Part shown: in pieces, positions 35,947 to 47,985 of the stretch | How the letters are laid out: every line of letters starts with the position of its first letter | How positions within the stretch are numbered: position 1 is the first letter of the stretch | Assembly (NCBI GenBank): GCA_034435375.1 | Contig: DAOTXR010000048.1 | Span: 272,984-336,983 of the forward strand | Length of the DNA stretch: 64,000 nucleotides | Reading direction: 5' to 3' | From: Anaerolineae bacterium | GTDB taxonomy: Bacteria; Chloroflexota; Anaerolineae; Aggregatilineales; UBA3940 | Position numbers and translations under genes: made by a program | Notes under the pieces: model-generated | The model's input: only the letters and a program-made list of their open reading frames with translations | Databases searched by the model: none | What the model was told of the DNA's origin: nothing

Positions 35947-36492
35947 ATGTCTGGTGAGCGTGTGATCCACAGCGAACACATCTTCGACGGGCGCGTGGTC
36001 CACCTTCGTGTGGACACCATCGCCCGAGAGGATGGGCAGACTTACCAGCGAGAGATCATTCAGCATGCTGGAGCTGTCGCGTTGGTCCCGCTGGACGAGG
36101 CAGGCAATGTGATCCTGGTGCGTCAGTATCGAGCTGGAGTGCAAAAGCACCTTCTGGAGTTACCTGCCGGTGGGCTTGAGCCAGACGAGTCGCGCGAGGA
36201 GTGCGCCCAGCGCGAGCTTCAGGAAGAGGTGGGTTACTATCCAGAGGAGCTGATCGAGCTGGGCAGCTACTACGTGGCCGCTTCGTACACTACCGAACAC
36301 ATCACGATCTACTTGGCGCGTGGCCTGCGCTCCTCGCAGCTTCCCGGTGACATCGACGAGAGTATCACGGTTGAGCGGATGCCGCTCAGGCAGGCGGTTC
36401 ACATGGCCCTCACTAACCAGATCGACGACAGCAAGACGCTGATCGGATTGGTGTGGGCTGCGAATGCTCTGGGTGTGCTATGTGAAGGCTGA
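35947..36492 (+). CDS. Nudix hydrolase (ADP-ribose pyrophosphatase-like)
   Basis: Nudix box GGLEPDESREECAQRELQEEVGY. ATG 35947 follows AGGAGAGGG (track start 35920 would overlap the terminator). Confidence 0.85.
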   Translation: MSGERVIHSEHIFDGRVVHLRVDTIAREDGQTYQREIIQHAGAVALVPLDEAGNVILVRQYRAGVQKHLLELPAGGLEPDESREECAQRELQEEVGYYPEELIELGSYYVAASYTTEHITIYLARGLRSSQLPGDIDESITVERMPLRQAVHMALTNQIDDSKTLIGLVWAANALGVLCEG

Positions 36493-36522
36493 TGAGGCAC
36501 AGAATCACGAGGATCAACAAGA

Positions 36523-36541
36523 CCGTGACAGCGAGTCACGG
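36523..36541. terminator. Possible bidirectional terminator hairpin between convergent genes
   Basis: CCGTGAC-AGCGA-GTCACGG. Both flanks are moderately T-rich on the transcribed strands. Confidence 0.35.
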
Positions 36542-36570
36542 CAACTGCTCGTTATTCTGTCTGACCGGAT

Positions 36571-37068
36571 TTACACGATCACTATCAACGTCTGGTTCTG
36601 CTCCAAGCTGTCACCGGCTCTGACGTTAACCCGCTCGACACGGCCAGCACGCGGGGCCTTAAGCTCGTTTTCCATCTTCATAGATTCCAGAATCACGAGG
36701 TTTGCGCCAGCCTCCACCCTCTGACCGACCTCGACTAGGACAGCCACCACCATGCCCGGCATGGGAGCCTTGATGGCGACTTCACCGGTTTCCGGCACCA
36801 GCGATAGCGATCTTTCTCGCAGCAGCTTGCTGCGCTCGTCGATGACCTGCACCTCATACAGGTTGCCACGCATCAACACCTGCCAGATGCCATTATGCTG
36901 CTCAACCAACGCCTCAAACGACTCGTTGTTCATGAGCAGCGAATATAATCCACTATGGCTCAGCCCGCCGAAGTCAACCGCGATTTCAGTGCCATCAAAG
37001 AGCACCCGGCCCTCATCGCTGATCTCCACCGTATAGATGTCCTCACCTACCACGACCTCGTATTTCAT
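36571..37068 (-). CDS. Biotin carboxyl carrier protein subunit of acyl-CoA carboxylase
   Basis: Biotinyl-lysine motif LVILESMKMENELKAP within a biotin/lipoyl attachment fold. Confidence 0.88.
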   Translation of the reverse strand: MKYEVVVGEDIYTVEISDEGRVLFDGTEIAVDFGGLSHSGLYSLLMNNESFEALVEQHNGIWQVLMRGNLYEVQVIDERSKLLRERSLSLVPETGEVAIKAPMPGMVVAVLVEVGQRVEAGANLVILESMKMENELKAPRAGRVERVNVRAGDSLEQNQTLIVIV

Positions 37069-37118
37069 CTCTTGTCTCCCACAAGCCTAATGCCTTCGAT
37101 GGCCCCATTGCCTTGTGA

Positions 37119-38633
37119 TCAGACACGACGCATCCGGTCCCACCGCCCGATCAACTTCCAGTTGCTGATATCCCGTTCATTGCGCCCGATCACCTGTGCA
37201 GCCTGAAGGCGAGTCTCATGGGCGACCAGCGCTGCCAAAATGGCAGCTATGTCTGGCCTGGGATTAACGCCCTCGTTCATCGAGAAGCGTTCTTCTACGA
37301 AAGTGGTGTCAAACTGGCCTGCGATGAAGCGCGTGCTGTCCAGCAGGTTCTGGTGGAAGGGGATGTTGGTCTTCACGCCCATGATGCGATACTCTGAGAG
37401 CGCCCGCCGCATCCGCAGCAGGGCCTCGCCACGTGTGTCTCCCCAGCAGATCAGCTTGGCGATCATCGGGTCGTAGTAGGGGGTGATGACATCCCCAGTC
37501 GTGACCCCCGAGTCCACACGCACACCCGGACCCGCCGGGATGGTCATGGCAGTGATCTTGCCAATGGAGGGCAGGAAGTTGTTATAGGGATCTTCAGCAT
37601 TGATGCGACATTCAATGGCTGCTCCCTGGATGGTGATCTCCTCCTGGGTATGGCTCAACTTGCGCCCACGGGCAATTCTGATCTGTTCCTTGAGGATATC
37701 CAGGTTGGTCACAAGCTCCGTGACTGGATGCTCAACCTGAAGACGGGTGTTGGCTTCCAGAAAGTAGAAATTGCGATCTTTGTCTACCAGGAATTCAATG
37801 GTCCCGGCGTTAACGTAGTTCACAGCTTTTGCCGCAGCCACGGCCACTGCGCCCATTTTTCGACGCAACTCCTCGTCAACGAACGGGGATGGGGCCTCCT
37901 CCAGCAGCTTCTGATGGCGACGCTGAATCGAGCACTCACGCTCACCTAGATAGATCACGTTGCCCAGACTATCAGCCAGAATCTGAATCTCGATGTGACG
38001 TGCCCCCTGGATCAGCTTTTCCAGGTACACCGAGCCTTCGCCAAAGGCAGCTTCGGCCTCTCGGCGGGCGGCGTGGAGGGCGTTCTCAAAGTCTTCGGGC
38101 CGATCGACCCGGCGCATTCCCTTACCGCCGCCGCCCGCCGTGGCCTTGATCAGCAGGGGATAGCCCACAAAGCCTGCCGCGTGCGCCAGGTCCTCGTCGG
38201 GCAGGTCTAGCTCAGTGCCGGGCACCACCGGCACTCCCGCCGCCTCCACTGTCTTACGCGCAACCACCTTGTCACCCATCGACCCAATTGCCGTCGGTGG
38301 CGGGCCAATGAAGGCGATCCCTTCGTCGATGCATGCCTGGGCGAAATCTGCCCGTTCGGCCAGGAAACCGTACCCTGGGTGGATAGCATCTGCTCCGGAC
38401 TTCCTGGCCACATCCAAGATGCGGTCAATACGTAGGTAGCTGTCGCGGGCGGGCGGCGGCCCAATGTGATAGGCTTCAGTGGCATAGCGGACGTGCATGG
38501 CATTGCGGTCCACGTCAGAATATACGGCCACAGTATCCAGCCCTAGCTCGCGGCAGGCGCGGATGATGCGCACTGCAATCTCGCCCCGGTTGGCGATCAG
38601 GACCTTGCGGAATAGAGTCGGTGTTTCACTCAT
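37119..38633 (-). CDS. accC: Biotin carboxylase subunit
   Basis: KVLIANRGEIAVRIIRACRELG, ATP-grasp GGGGKGMR, EMNTR-type EANTRLQVEHPVTE. ATG 38633 lies 8 nt after AGGGGGAG (track start is GTG 38672). Confidence 0.93.
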   Translation of the reverse strand: MSETPTLFRKVLIANRGEIAVRIIRACRELGLDTVAVYSDVDRNAMHVRYATEAYHIGPPPARDSYLRIDRILDVARKSGADAIHPGYGFLAERADFAQACIDEGIAFIGPPPTAIGSMGDKVVARKTVEAAGVPVVPGTELDLPDEDLAHAAGFVGYPLLIKATAGGGGKGMRRVDRPEDFENALHAARREAEAAFGEGSVYLEKLIQGARHIEIQILADSLGNVIYLGERECSIQRRHQKLLEEAPSPFVDEELRRKMGAVAVAAAKAVNYVNAGTIEFLVDKDRNFYFLEANTRLQVEHPVTELVTNLDILKEQIRIARGRKLSHTQEEITIQGAAIECRINAEDPYNNFLPSIGKITAMTIPAGPGVRVDSGVTTGDVITPYYDPMIAKLICWGDTRGEALLRMRRALSEYRIMGVKTNIPFHQNLLDSTRFIAGQFDTTFVEERFSMNEGVNPRPDIAAILAALVAHETRLQAAQVIGRNERDISNWKLIGRWDRMRRV

Positions 38634-38668
38634 CGTGCTGCTCCCCCTGCTAGATGGGTACTTGCCAT

Positions 38669-40225
38669 TCACAGCGGGATGTTGCCGTGTTTCTTGGGCG
38701 GGTTAGTGTCCCGTTTGTTCTTCAGCACCTCCAACGCGTTGATCAAGCGAGGGCGAGTCTCACGCGGCTCGATCACGTCATCAATGTAGCCGCGTGCAGC
38801 CGCCACGTAAGGGTTGGCAAAACGCTCGCGGTACTGTTCAACCAGTTCATTTCTTCTGGCTACCGGATCCTGCACCTCAGCCAGCTCTTTGCGGAAGATG
38901 ATATTCACTGCCCCATCTGGTCCCATCACGGCGATCTCAGCGCTGGGCCACGCCAGGTTAAGATCGCCCCGAATATGTTTGCTGCTCATCACGTCGTAGG
39001 CACCGCCATAAGCCTTGCGGGTGATCACGGTGATTTTGGGCACGGTCGCCTCGCAGTAGGCATACAGCAGCTTGGCGCCATGCCGGATGATGCCGCCGTG
39101 CTCTTGCGCCACACCGGGCAGGAAACCAGGCACATCCTCGAAGGTAATGATCGGAATGTTGAAGCAGTCGCAGAAGCGGACAAACCGTCCGCCCTTCACC
39201 GAGGCATCGATGTCGAGCACCCCGGCCAGCACTGCCGGTTGGTTGGCAACGATCCCAACGGCATGCCCGCCCAGCCGGGCAAAACCCACCACAATGTTGC
39301 GGGCATAGTGTTCGTGAATCTCGTAGAACTGCCCCCGATCGACGACCATGTGGATCAAGTCCTTCATGTCATAGGGTTTGGTGGGATTGTCGGGGACAAG
39401 GGTGTCGAGTCGCTCATCCATGCGCAACGGGTCATCATCGGTTGGCTCGAATGGGGGATCCTCCAGATTATTCTGAGGAATATAACTCAGCAGCTCGCGG
39501 ATCAGGGCCAGGCAGTCGGTCTCGCTATCGGCAGCTACATGGCTGACGCCGGAGAGAGCGTTGTGCGTCATGGCACCGCCCAATTCTTCGAAAGTCACCT
39601 CTTCGTGAGTAACGGCCTTGACTACATCTGGGCCAGTGATGAACATGTGGCTGGTGTTTTTCACCATAAAGATGAAGTCGGTGAGGGCAGGCGAGTATAC
39701 GGCGCCGCCTGCACACGGGCCCATGATGGCCGAGATTTGGGGGACAACGCCCGATGCCAGAGTGTTGCGCAGAAAAATCTCGGCGTATCCGCCCAACGAA
39801 ACCACTCCTTCCTGGATGCGCGCTCCCCCCGAGTCGTTGAGGCCAATGACAGGCGCACCGGTCTTCATCGCCATGTCCATCACTTTGCAGATTTTTTCGG
39901 CGTGGACCTCCGAGAGGCTGCCGCCGAAGACGGTAAAATCCTGCGAGAAGACGTAAACGAGCCGCCCATTGATGGTTCCCCAGCCGGTTACGACGCTGTC
40001 GCCGGGAATCTGGTTTTCGGGAGCATCCATGCCGAAGTTGCGCTCGCGCTGGAGCACGAACATGTCCAACTCACGAAAGCTCCCCGGATCGAGCAGGATG
40101 TCGAGCCGCTCACGGGCAGTCATCTTGCCACGTTCGTGCTGGCGCTGTGCACGTTCCAGGCCTCCCCCTTGCTGTGCCTGTTTTTTACGCGCACGGAGTT
40201 CCTCGATCTTTGGGTCGATTGTCAT
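38669..40225 (-). CDS. Acyl-CoA (propionyl/methylmalonyl-type) carboxylase carboxyltransferase beta subunit
   Basis: [68 protein letters not shown]. The longer antisense ORF 38654..40369 is rejected. Confidence 0.92.
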   Translation of the reverse strand: MTIDPKIEELRARKKQAQQGGGLERAQRQHERGKMTARERLDILLDPGSFRELDMFVLQRERNFGMDAPENQIPGDSVVTGWGTINGRLVYVFSQDFTVFGGSLSEVHAEKICKVMDMAMKTGAPVIGLNDSGGARIQEGVVSLGGYAEIFLRNTLASGVVPQISAIMGPCAGGAVYSPALTDFIFMVKNTSHMFITGPDVVKAVTHEEVTFEELGGAMTHNALSGVSHVAADSETDCLALIRELLSYIPQNNLEDPPFEPTDDDPLRMDERLDTLVPDNPTKPYDMKDLIHMVVDRGQFYEIHEHYARNIVVGFARLGGHAVGIVANQPAVLAGVLDIDASVKGGRFVRFCDCFNIPIITFEDVPGFLPGVAQEHGGIIRHGAKLLYAYCEATVPKITVITRKAYGGAYDVMSSKHIRGDLNLAWPSAEIAVMGPDGAVNIIFRKELAEVQDPVARRNELVEQYRERFANPYVAAARGYIDDVIEPRETRPRLINALEVLKNKRDTNPPKKHGNIPL

Positions 40226-40677
40226 CTTTCCTGTGTCTCCTTAACCTCCAGCTCTGGCCTGCCCGGCCAGAAAGCATGTCTGATTCGGGGGCGTGTTAGC
40301 ACAAACATCACCAGCGCGCTCAGCAGGATGAGCGCGCCGGTGACAAACAAGAGACGCCCCCGCTCATAGGTCCCTCTGGCGAAGATGGCCTGCTGGACAA
40401 TCGTGGCCAAAGTGTACAACGGAAAGGCTACCAGTGTGGCTCGTCGCGCCCAGCCAGCACACCTCCACAATCCGAACGCCACACCTAGCCAGAATATCCC
40501 CCATACACCGTCCAATGCCATCAGAATTGGCAGGGGGATCGACAGGCTTAAGGACGCCAGCGTTGACCAGCGTGTCAATCCAGCATACACTCCGGCCAAC
40601 TTCACTGCCGATAGTATTAACACCGCCAGAGCCAGCACGGTTACTATGAAAGGCCGTCTGGGCCGCTGATTGGACAT
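40222..40677 (-). CDS. Small 4-TM membrane protein, unknown function
   Basis: Four hydrophobic helices. The stop overlaps the carboxyltransferase start (ATGA). Confidence 0.6.
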   Translation of the reverse strand: MSNQRPRRPFIVTVLALAVLILSAVKLAGVYAGLTRWSTLASLSLSIPLPILMALDGVWGIFWLGVAFGLWRCAGWARRATLVAFPLYTLATIVQQAIFARGTYERGRLLFVTGALILLSALVMFVLTRPRIRHAFWPGRPELEVKETQER

Positions 40678-40695
40678 GGCGCGAATCCGCTGAGG

Positions 40696-41724
40696 TCAGG
40701 GCACCAAGACCAGTTTGCCAAAGACCTGGCCGCTCTCCAGAAGGCGATGTGCTTCAGCAATGTCCTGCATCGGCATCACGCGGTCAATCACAGCCCTAAG
40801 TTTGCCCTCAAAGATCAGACCCATCACTGTGCGGAAGTCCCGATGGGGAGCCATCGTCGAGCCAATGATGCTCAGGTGTTTACCGAAGATCGAGCCAACA
40901 CCAACCCGAGCGTCGTAGCCGCTGGTCCCTCCGACGACCAGCAGCCGCCCGCCACGGGCCAGCGCCCGTAAGTCTGTGGGCCAAGTATCCTGGCCCACAT
41001 TGTCGACGATCACATCCACGCCGCGCTTATGGGTTAGTTGGTAGACAACTTTGCCCCAATCTTCTTTGAGACGGTTGATCAGCACGTCCGCGCCAAGCGC
41101 CTCGGCCCTGGCCAGCTTCTCATCGTTCGACCCAACCACGTATACGGTTGCCCCGGCCAGCTTGGCAATCTGGATCGAGGCGGTATTGACACCTCCCCCC
41201 GCGCCGACGATCAGCACCGTCTCGCCAGCTTTTAACCCACCGCGCGTGATCAGAGAGTGCCAAGCCGTTAGGAAGACAAGCGACGCAGCGGCGCCCTCCT
41301 CAAACGAGATATGGTCGGGCATCTTCAGCGCGTTCCGCTCCGGCACGACGATGTACTCGGCATCGGTGCCGCGCACGTTCTCCCCCAGGATACCTCCCTC
41401 GCGGCACAGATTGTCATGCCCGGCCAGGCAGTCATCGCACCTGCCGCAGCTTGTCGTCCCATTGAGGACCACGCGGTCACCGACTGCCAGTCCAGTGACT
41501 CCCTGCCCCACTTCTGTGACGATCCCAGCGCCGTCCGCGCCGGGAATATGAGGGTATTCAAGCTTGAGTCCCGGCCAGCCGTTGCGCACGAAGATGTCGA
41601 GGCGGTTAAGGGCCGCCGCCTTGATGTTGATCAGCACCTCTCCGTGATCTGGATGAGGCGCATCGAAGTCCCCGTAGGTAAGAACTTCGGGGCCGCCGTG
41701 TTGGTGTAGAAGCACTGCTTTCAT
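40696..41724 (-). CDS. Zinc-type medium-chain alcohol dehydrogenase / quinone oxidoreductase family protein
   Basis: GEVLINIKAAALNRLD, HIPGADGAG, structural-Zn loop CGRCDDCLAGHDNLC, NAD(P) fold VLIVGAGGGVNTASIQIAK. Confidence 0.85.
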   Translation of the reverse strand: MKAVLLHQHGGPEVLTYGDFDAPHPDHGEVLINIKAAALNRLDIFVRNGWPGLKLEYPHIPGADGAGIVTEVGQGVTGLAVGDRVVLNGTTSCGRCDDCLAGHDNLCREGGILGENVRGTDAEYIVVPERNALKMPDHISFEEGAAASLVFLTAWHSLITRGGLKAGETVLIVGAGGGVNTASIQIAKLAGATVYVVGSNDEKLARAEALGADVLINRLKEDWGKVVYQLTHKRGVDVIVDNVGQDTWPTDLRALARGGRLLVVGGTSGYDARVGVGSIFGKHLSIIGSTMAPHRDFRTVMGLIFEGKLRAVIDRVMPMQDIAEAHRLLESGQVFGKLVLVP

Positions 41725-41947
41725 GAGGTCCCTTCACCCTGTGTATAGTCAGAGTTTTCGAGAGCAAGTGTAGTGCTTGTCGGCTGTCAATTACTTCCAG
41801 ATTCATCCACTGCTATGATGCTACCGCTGGTGTTCCACGAAGTGGGGAACTCAATCGCCCTGCCTCCGCCTCCCCGCGCATGGTAAACAGGTTGGGGCTG
41901 AAGTATAATTACAACCCGTGCTTCAGTTCCCCTGGAGAATGGTTGTA

Positions 41948-44560
41948 ATGGATATTGGTATAGTTCGGCCTGTAGACATCAATGAGGAGATGCGCGACTC
42001 ATATCTCGACTATGCGATGAGTGTGATCGTCTCCCGTGCGCTCCCTGACGTCCGTGATGGCCTCAAACCCGTTCACAGGCGGATCCTCTACGCCATGCAT
42101 GACATGGGACTACGTGCCAATGCAGCCTACAAGAAAAGCGCCCGCATCGTGGGCGAGGTGCTCGGCAAGTATCATCCCCACGGTGACGCGGCGGTGTACG
42201 ATGCCATGGCGCGCATGGCGCAGCCTTTTTCGATGCGTTATCCACTGGTCGATGGACAGGGCAACTTCGGCTCCATCGATGGCGACAGTCCGGCAGCCAT
42301 GCGCTACACCGAGGCCCGCCTGGCCGCGCTGGCCGAGACCCTGCTGGAGGACATTGAGAAAGAGACCGTCAGCTTCGTTGACAACTTCGACGGTACACTT
42401 CAGGAACCGCAAGTCCTTCCCGCTCGCTTGCCCAACCTGCTGCTCAACGGCATCTCTGGCATTGCTGTCGGCATGGCGACGAATATCCCGCCCCATAACT
42501 TGCTGGAGATTGCCCAGGCAGTGGGAGGCCTGATCGACCGCATGACTGCTCCTGAAGGAGAGGAGATCGACGAGGAACTCCACGACGTCACGGTTGAAGA
42601 GTTGATGAAATACGTGACAGGGCCAGATTTTCCAACCGGTGGCGTGATTGTTGGCACTGAGGGTATTGTCAACGCTTACGCAACTGGCAAGGGCCGCATC
42701 GTCATGCGGGCCAAGATGCACGTTGAACTGCTGAGCGGCAACCGTTACCGCATCGTCATCACTGAGATGCCCTACCAGGTCAACAAGGCGGGGGTTATCG
42801 AGCGGATCGCCTCGCTGGTGCGTGAAGGACGCATGGATGCGATCTCCGACCTGCGCGATGAGTCTGACCGGCGTGGCATGTCGGTGGTGATCGAACTAAA
42901 GCGCGGCTCGCAGCCTCGCACCGTGATCAACCAGCTGCTGAAGTACACTCCGCTGCAAAGCACGTTCGGCGTGCAAATGCTGGCGCTAGTCAACGGTGAG
43001 CCGCGCCTGCTCTCGCTCAAGGCCGCGTTGCGTCACTACATCTCTCATCGACGCGAGGTTATCGAGCGGCGAACTTACTTTGACCTGGAGCGAGCGCGTC
43101 GACGCGCCCACATCCTGGAAGGGCTGCTGGTTGCCATCGCTAACCTGGATGCCATCATCCGCACCATCCGCCAAAGCCCAGATGCCGAAGAAGCTCGCAA
43201 CCGCCTTATGCTGACCTACAAGCTGAGCGAGGCTCAGGCTCAAGCCATCCTCGATATGCAGTTGCGCCGCTTGGCAGCGCTGGAGCGGCAGAAGATCGAA
43301 GATGAGTACCAGTCGTTGCTGAAGTTGATCGGCGAGCTTGAGGATCTGTTAGCTCATCCCAAGAAGATTCTCTACCAGATCCGCGATGATCTGAACGACC
43401 TGGCTGCCCGATACGGCGACCCTCGCCGTACAGCCATTGTGGCTGGGGCAGAAGAAGAACTGGATGAAGCTGATCTGGTCCCCGATGAAGATGTGCTGAT
43501 TTTTATCACGCGCATGGGATATATCAAGCGTGTCGTGGCTCAGGCGTACCGCACACAGTCCCGAGGTGGCAAAGGCGTCACCGGCATGACTACCCGCGAC
43601 ACAGACGATGTTGAGCACCTGTTCGCTGCTGGATCGCTGGATAGCATCCTCTTCTTTTCCGATAAAGGCAAGGTTTACCAGGAGAAGGCTTACCAGATTC
43701 CTGATGCTGGACGGGCTGCCAAAGGTATCCCGTTGCAAAGCGTGCTGGCGCTCGACCCGGATGAGCGCATCACGGCTGCCGTGGCCGTCCCGTCCTTCGA
43801 AGATGTTGAGTACTGCACCATGGTAACCCGCCTGGGCCGCATCAAGCGCGTCCAGGTGTCGGAGTTTCAGACGGTGCGTCCCAGCGGCTTGGTGGCTATC
43901 ACCCTTGACGAGGGCGATCATCTGGGCTGGGTCAAGCTCACCACCGGTGACCAGGACCTGGTGATCGTAACAGCGCAGGGCATGGCTATTCGCTTCAACG
44001 AAGAGGAGGTCCGGCCCATGGGGCGCAGCGCTGCCGGTGTGAACGCCATTAAGTTGCAAAATGGCGACATCGTGGCAGGCATGGATGTCATCACTGATCC
44101 CACATCGATGCTCTTGGTGGTGACCCAGAACGCCTTTGGCAAGCGTACCCCCATTGATGAATACCCTGTGCAGTCGCGCTACGGAATGGGCGTTCGAACC
44201 CTGGCACGTAACCAGCGCACCGGCGCCATTATCGCCGCTCGCGTAGTCAAACCGGGTGATCACGTGACCCTGATCACGAGTGGAGGAATTGCGCTGCGCA
44301 CGCGCGTGGACGACATCTCGCGCATGGGGCGCAGCACACAGGGTGTGCAATTGATGAATCTGGCCGCTGGCGACCTGTTGGCTTCGGTGGCGCTGCTTGA
44401 GGAGGGGCGCCGTGTTGAACGCGAGCGGGCGCTCCAGGCCCAGCGTTATGAGATCGCTACCAGCCTGGCAGAAGAAGATGCATCTGAGATGCTTCTGCTT
44501 CCTGGTTTGGACGATCCAGAACTGCCAGACAGACCCTCGGACGAAGGACGCTCGGCATGA
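41948..44560 (+). CDS. gyrA: DNA gyrase subunit A
   Basis: [41 protein letters not shown], catalytic-Tyr region [11 protein letters not shown]-terminal beta-pinwheel repeats. ATG 41948 follows GGAGA (track start 41918). Confidence 0.96.
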   Translation: MDIGIVRPVDINEEMRDSYLDYAMSVIVSRALPDVRDGLKPVHRRILYAMHDMGLRANAAYKKSARIVGEVLGKYHPHGDAAVYDAMARMAQPFSMRYPLVDGQGNFGSIDGDSPAAMRYTEARLAALAETLLEDIEKETVSFVDNFDGTLQEPQVLPARLPNLLLNGISGIAVGMATNIPPHNLLEIAQAVGGLIDRMTAPEGEEIDEELHDVTVEELMKYVTGPDFPTGGVIVGTEGIVNAYATGKGRIVMRAKMHVELLSGNRYRIVITEMPYQVNKAGVIERIASLVREGRMDAISDLRDESDRRGMSVVIELKRGSQPRTVINQLLKYTPLQSTFGVQMLALVNGEPRLLSLKAALRHYISHRREVIERRTYFDLERARRRAHILEGLLVAIANLDAIIRTIRQSPDAEEARNRLMLTYKLSEAQAQAILDMQLRRLAALERQKIEDEYQSLLKLIGELEDLLAHPKKILYQIRDDLNDLAARYGDPRRTAIVAGAEEELDEADLVPDEDVLIFITRMGYIKRVVAQAYRTQSRGGKGVTGMTTRDTDDVEHLFAAGSLDSILFFSDKGKVYQEKAYQIPDAGRAAKGIPLQSVLALDPDERITAAVAVPSFEDVEYCTMVTRLGRIKRVQVSEFQTVRPSGLVAITLDEGDHLGWVKLTTGDQDLVIVTAQGMAIRFNEEEVRPMGRSAAGVNAIKLQNGDIVAGMDVITDPTSMLLVVTQNAFGKRTPIDEYPVQSRYGMGVRTLARNQRTGAIIAARVVKPGDHVTLITSGGIALRTRVDDISRMGRSTQGVQLMNLAAGDLLASVALLEEGRRVERERALQAQRYEIATSLAEEDASEMLLLPGLDDPELPDRPSDEGRSA

Positions 44561-46896
44561 CTGCTTCGCTGGCACTGACCGCAGTCTATCTGATCCTGTT
44601 GGGCATTGCGCTGCAAGGACGTACACGGCGCAATCCTGCCGAAGGTTGGCTGCTGGTCTTCTGTGGCTACTCCACCATGCTGATGGGTCTGCATGCCCTA
44701 ATCTCGGCTGGCGTGGTCACGCTGCCCACTTCTCTTGCCGAACAGTTACTAGCCTTGCTTGGTTTTGTGATCAGTGTGGGTATGGTGGCCATGCTGACGC
44801 TGGCCTACTTGGCGCTGAACCGGCAGATCATGTGGGGCGTGGCCATCCTGATCGTAGTATGGGGAGTGGCCCTGCTCATCGTGGAACTGAGCGGCGCTGC
44901 CCCGTTGCTTGGATCACAACCCTGGGTGGTGGATGCCCTCGGCTCCCAGCAAGTGACGATCGGTTTTGAGGTAGCAGCCCTGGGCTGGATGCTGATCTCG
45001 CTGCTGCTCTTCGTCTTGACTTGGCGAGCCTTCCTCAGCGAACCGCTCCCACTTTATGCGAACCGCATCCTGTTTTGGGCAGCCGTCTCACCCACGTTGC
45101 TCTTCGGCGATGCTCTGACTGCCTGGTCGCGGGCGCCTTGGCACTATGTGGGTTACGGTCTGCGACTGGCCGGCGCCATTGGCGCAGTCTATGCTGTAGT
45201 ATCACATCGCGTGATAGACCTGCGCGAGTTTGTGCGTTGGTTTGTCAGCCGTCTGATCCTGATGGCGGTCACCGGCGCGCTGGTGTTTGGCGGCATCGCG
45301 GTGGTGCTGTACGTGTCACTGCCGGGCCTCGGATCGAACAATCGTTGGATTCTGGGGATCGTTGTGGCAGCTCTCGTAGCGTTGCTGCTGCCGCCCATCA
45401 TGCAGTTCTTTCGCTGGCTGTTGCGGGGTCTTATCAGTCGCGGCCTTACTGATGCTACAGAGGTCATCCGCCTTTACAGCCAGCGCATCAGCGGCGTGAT
45501 TGAGCTGAAAGACCTAGCAGATGCCATCGCCAAAAACATCAATGAGCTGCTCGCCACCCGCCGCGCCCAGATGATCCTGGCCACCCATGTGGAAGATCAC
45601 ATCGTCCTGGAACAAGTCGGCGGTCAATCCGAGGCGGCATCCAGCGCCGTGCTGTCAACTGAGAGTCCAATCTATCGATACTTCATGACGGACAGGCAGC
45701 CGTTGCTCCAGTATGACATCGACTACCACAAAGATTACATCGCGGTCTTGCCCCAGGAACGCCGGTACTTTGCAGCCCTGGAGATGGATATCTACGCCCC
45801 GATTGTGAAGGAAGATCGGCTTATCGGTCTGCTGGCGGTTGGCCCGAAGGTCAACGACGATCCATTCCGGCCCAACGAGATCGAGCTTTTGGAGGCGCTG
45901 GCCAACCAGACTGTAGGCGCTCTGGAGAATGCGCGCTTGGTGAATGACCTGCGTATGCTTAACCAGCGGATCAGTGCACTGAACGAAGACCTGCGCACTA
46001 CTAACGAGCGCCTGCAACTGCTTGATTCGGTGAAGACCGACTTCATTTCAATCGCCTCACATGAGCTGCGTACTCCCCTGACTCAAATCCAGGGCTATGC
46101 TGATCTGCTGATCGAAATGGCCGAACGCAACCTACTCACTCCAGAGGAGCTGTCATCGATCACCAGTAGCTTGAGCAAGGCCAGCCAACGTATGGCTGAC
46201 GTGATCACGTCTATGCTAGACGTATCTCAAATCGACGTAGACAGCATGGATCTCAATTTCGTGGAGACCACTCTGTCCAACATCCTTAAGCTGGCCATAG
46301 AGCCGTATGCCAACCCGATCCATGACCGCAAACAGACCCTGGTGGCACGTGGTCTGCGCAATCTCCCGCCAATCACAGGCGACTATAAGCGCCTAGTGCA
46401 GGCCTTTCAAAACCTGATCACCAATGCCATCAAGTTCACGCCCGATGGGGGCCGGATCGATGTAATTGGTGAGGTCTTTGAGCGTGATGAGCAGGGTCAG
46501 CCGATCAGCTTACGAGTGATGATCAAAGATACGGGTATCGGTATTGACAAAGAGCATCATTCGCTGATCTTTGAGAAATTCTACCGCGTGGGATCGGTGG
46601 CGTTGCATTCTACTGGTACCACCAAGTTCAAAGGAGGCGGCCCTGGCCTGGGCCTGGCAATTGCCAGGGGCATCATCGAGGCCCATGGCGGGCGTATCTG
46701 GGTGGAAAGCGAGGGCCACGACGAAGAAAAATTGCCCGGCAGCACGTTCCATGTCGTTCTGCCGCTGCGCCCGCCCGCGCTCGATGCACAGAAGCGCATC
46801 CAAGAGATCTCTGAAGCCAAGCAAGAAACCATAGTCCATCCCAGTCTGCTGCGCCCGAAGTCATCAGAGGAAGACGACACTATGGAGATCAGCTAG
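44557..46896 (+). CDS. Sensor histidine kinase with ~8-9 N-terminal TM helices, GAF domain, HisKA, HATPase_c
   Basis: The start overlaps the gyrA stop (ATGA). H-box [19 protein letters not shown] box [11 protein letters not shown] boxes [22 protein letters not shown] and [21 protein letters not shown]-like [21 protein letters not shown]. Confidence 0.9.
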   Translation: MTASLALTAVYLILLGIALQGRTRRNPAEGWLLVFCGYSTMLMGLHALISAGVVTLPTSLAEQLLALLGFVISVGMVAMLTLAYLALNRQIMWGVAILIVVWGVALLIVELSGAAPLLGSQPWVVDALGSQQVTIGFEVAALGWMLISLLLFVLTWRAFLSEPLPLYANRILFWAAVSPTLLFGDALTAWSRAPWHYVGYGLRLAGAIGAVYAVVSHRVIDLREFVRWFVSRLILMAVTGALVFGGIAVVLYVSLPGLGSNNRWILGIVVAALVALLLPPIMQFFRWLLRGLISRGLTDATEVIRLYSQRISGVIELKDLADAIAKNINELLATRRAQMILATHVEDHIVLEQVGGQSEAASSAVLSTESPIYRYFMTDRQPLLQYDIDYHKDYIAVLPQERRYFAALEMDIYAPIVKEDRLIGLLAVGPKVNDDPFRPNEIELLEALANQTVGALENARLVNDLRMLNQRISALNEDLRTTNERLQLLDSVKTDFISIASHELRTPLTQIQGYADLLIEMAERNLLTPEELSSITSSLSKASQRMADVITSMLDVSQIDVDSMDLNFVETTLSNILKLAIEPYANPIHDRKQTLVARGLRNLPPITGDYKRLVQAFQNLITNAIKFTPDGGRIDVIGEVFERDEQGQPISLRVMIKDTGIGIDKEHHSLIFEKFYRVGSVALHSTGTTKFKGGGPGLGLAIARGIIEAHGGRIWVESEGHDEEKLPGSTFHVVLPLRPPALDAQKRIQEISEAKQETIVHPSLLRPKSSEEDDTMEIS

Positions 46897-47021
46897 GGCG
46901 CCCAGGAGTGCTTGATCTGCTATAGATGTCCGGACAGGCGCCCAGGAGGGCCAGTACCTCGGGCCAGCGTTCATCTGCCCAATGGAGCACTTAGCGTCCA
47001 ACTGAGGGTTGTTCTGCAAAG

Positions 47022-47047
47022 GGCAGGTCTTAGACCTGCTCTTTGCT
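47022..47047 (+). terminator. Probable intrinsic terminator after the kinase gene
   Basis: GCAGGTC-TTA-GACCTGC followed by TCTTTGCT. Confidence 0.45.
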
Positions 47048-47161
47048 CAGAGATTAGTACTTGAAACACGCTTGGCGATAGAATCTAGGCAAGTTTGATC
47101 GGGTACCCTGGGCGCATGAGCGCCAAAGCCCCTGATCATGTGGAGGGTAAGGAGAAAAGAT

Positions 47162-47941
47162 GTGAAGCTTGCGATCAGTGGGAAAGGCGGCGTAGGAAAA
47201 ACAACCCTGGCAGCCCTGCTCGCCCAGGTTTATGCCGATGCCGGACGCGATGTACTGGCTGTCGATGCCGACCCTTCGCCGTGCCTGGCCGGCGCGTTGG
47301 GCTTCCCCACCGAGCTGCGGGCACGGCTGCACCCCATCGCCGAGATGGACGAGCTGATTGAGGAGCGAACTGGAGCCAAACCGGGTACCGTGGGCGGATT
47401 CTTCACATTGAACCCACGTGTGGACGACATCCCGGACCGCTTCAGTGTGACACACCGCGGTGTGCGACTGCTGGAGATGGGGTCAGTGGATACAGGAGGA
47501 TCGGGTTGCATCTGCCCTGAGAGCGCCATGCTCAAGACGCTGTTTACTCACCTGCTGTTCCGCAAAGACGACGTGTTGATCCTGGACATGTACGCTGGGG
47601 TTGAGCATCTGGGCCGCGCCACGGTCGATTTTGTGGATGCGATGTTGATCGTCGTCGAGCCTACGCGACGCAGCCTGGGTACCGCTGCACAGATCAAACA
47701 ACTGGCCAACGATATTGGTCTCATGCGCCTGTGGTTGGTGGCCAACAAGGTGCGCAATGGCGATGAAGCTGCCTTCGTTGAGGCTGAGACGCCTGGCGTC
47801 CCAGTGCTAGGGATGCTGCCCGCCGACCTAGCTGTGCAGGAGGCCGACCGATTGGGCCTCCCAGTCTACGACCATGTTCCAGCGCTGCGCCAGGCCGCCG
47901 AGCAGATCGCTCAGCAGTTGGCTGGCGAGATTGCCTCTTAA
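47162..47941 (+). CDS. cooC: CooC/AcsF-type P-loop metallochaperone ATPase (MinD/ParA superfamily), paralogue 1
   Basis: Deviant Walker A ISGKGGVGKTTLAALLA, VDADPSP, metal-binding CxC motif GGSGCICPESAML. GTG 47162 lies 7 nt after AAGGAG (track start 47138). Confidence 0.8.
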   Translation: MKLAISGKGGVGKTTLAALLAQVYADAGRDVLAVDADPSPCLAGALGFPTELRARLHPIAEMDELIEERTGAKPGTVGGFFTLNPRVDDIPDRFSVTHRGVRLLEMGSVDTGGSGCICPESAMLKTLFTHLLFRKDDVLILDMYAGVEHLGRATVDFVDAMLIVVEPTRRSLGTAAQIKQLANDIGLMRLWLVANKVRNGDEAAFVEAETPGVPVLGMLPADLAVQEADRLGLPVYDHVPALRQAAEQIAQQLAGEIAS

Positions 47942-47985
47942 GTGTTTGGCTGCCTTAGATTATAAAAAATCCAGGCAGCTCAGGC

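Noticed and set aside
38654-40369. 571-aa plus-strand ORF, longer than the gene it overlaps
   Set aside because: It is fully antisense to the carboxyltransferase gene (38669..40225), which has unmistakable family motifs. The plus-strand translation has no recognisable motifs and a skewed composition typical of shadow ORFs in GC-rich DNA.
43349-44626. 425-aa minus-strand ORF
   Set aside because: Antisense shadow of gyrA. No motifs, and an Arg/Gly/His-rich composition.
46897-46948. 12-mer GGCGCCCAGGAG repeated 40 bp apart just after the kinase stop
   Set aside because: A GC-rich 12-mer recurring within 100 bp has an appreciable chance probability in a window this size (order 0.1-1 by rough estimate), and there is no associated structure.
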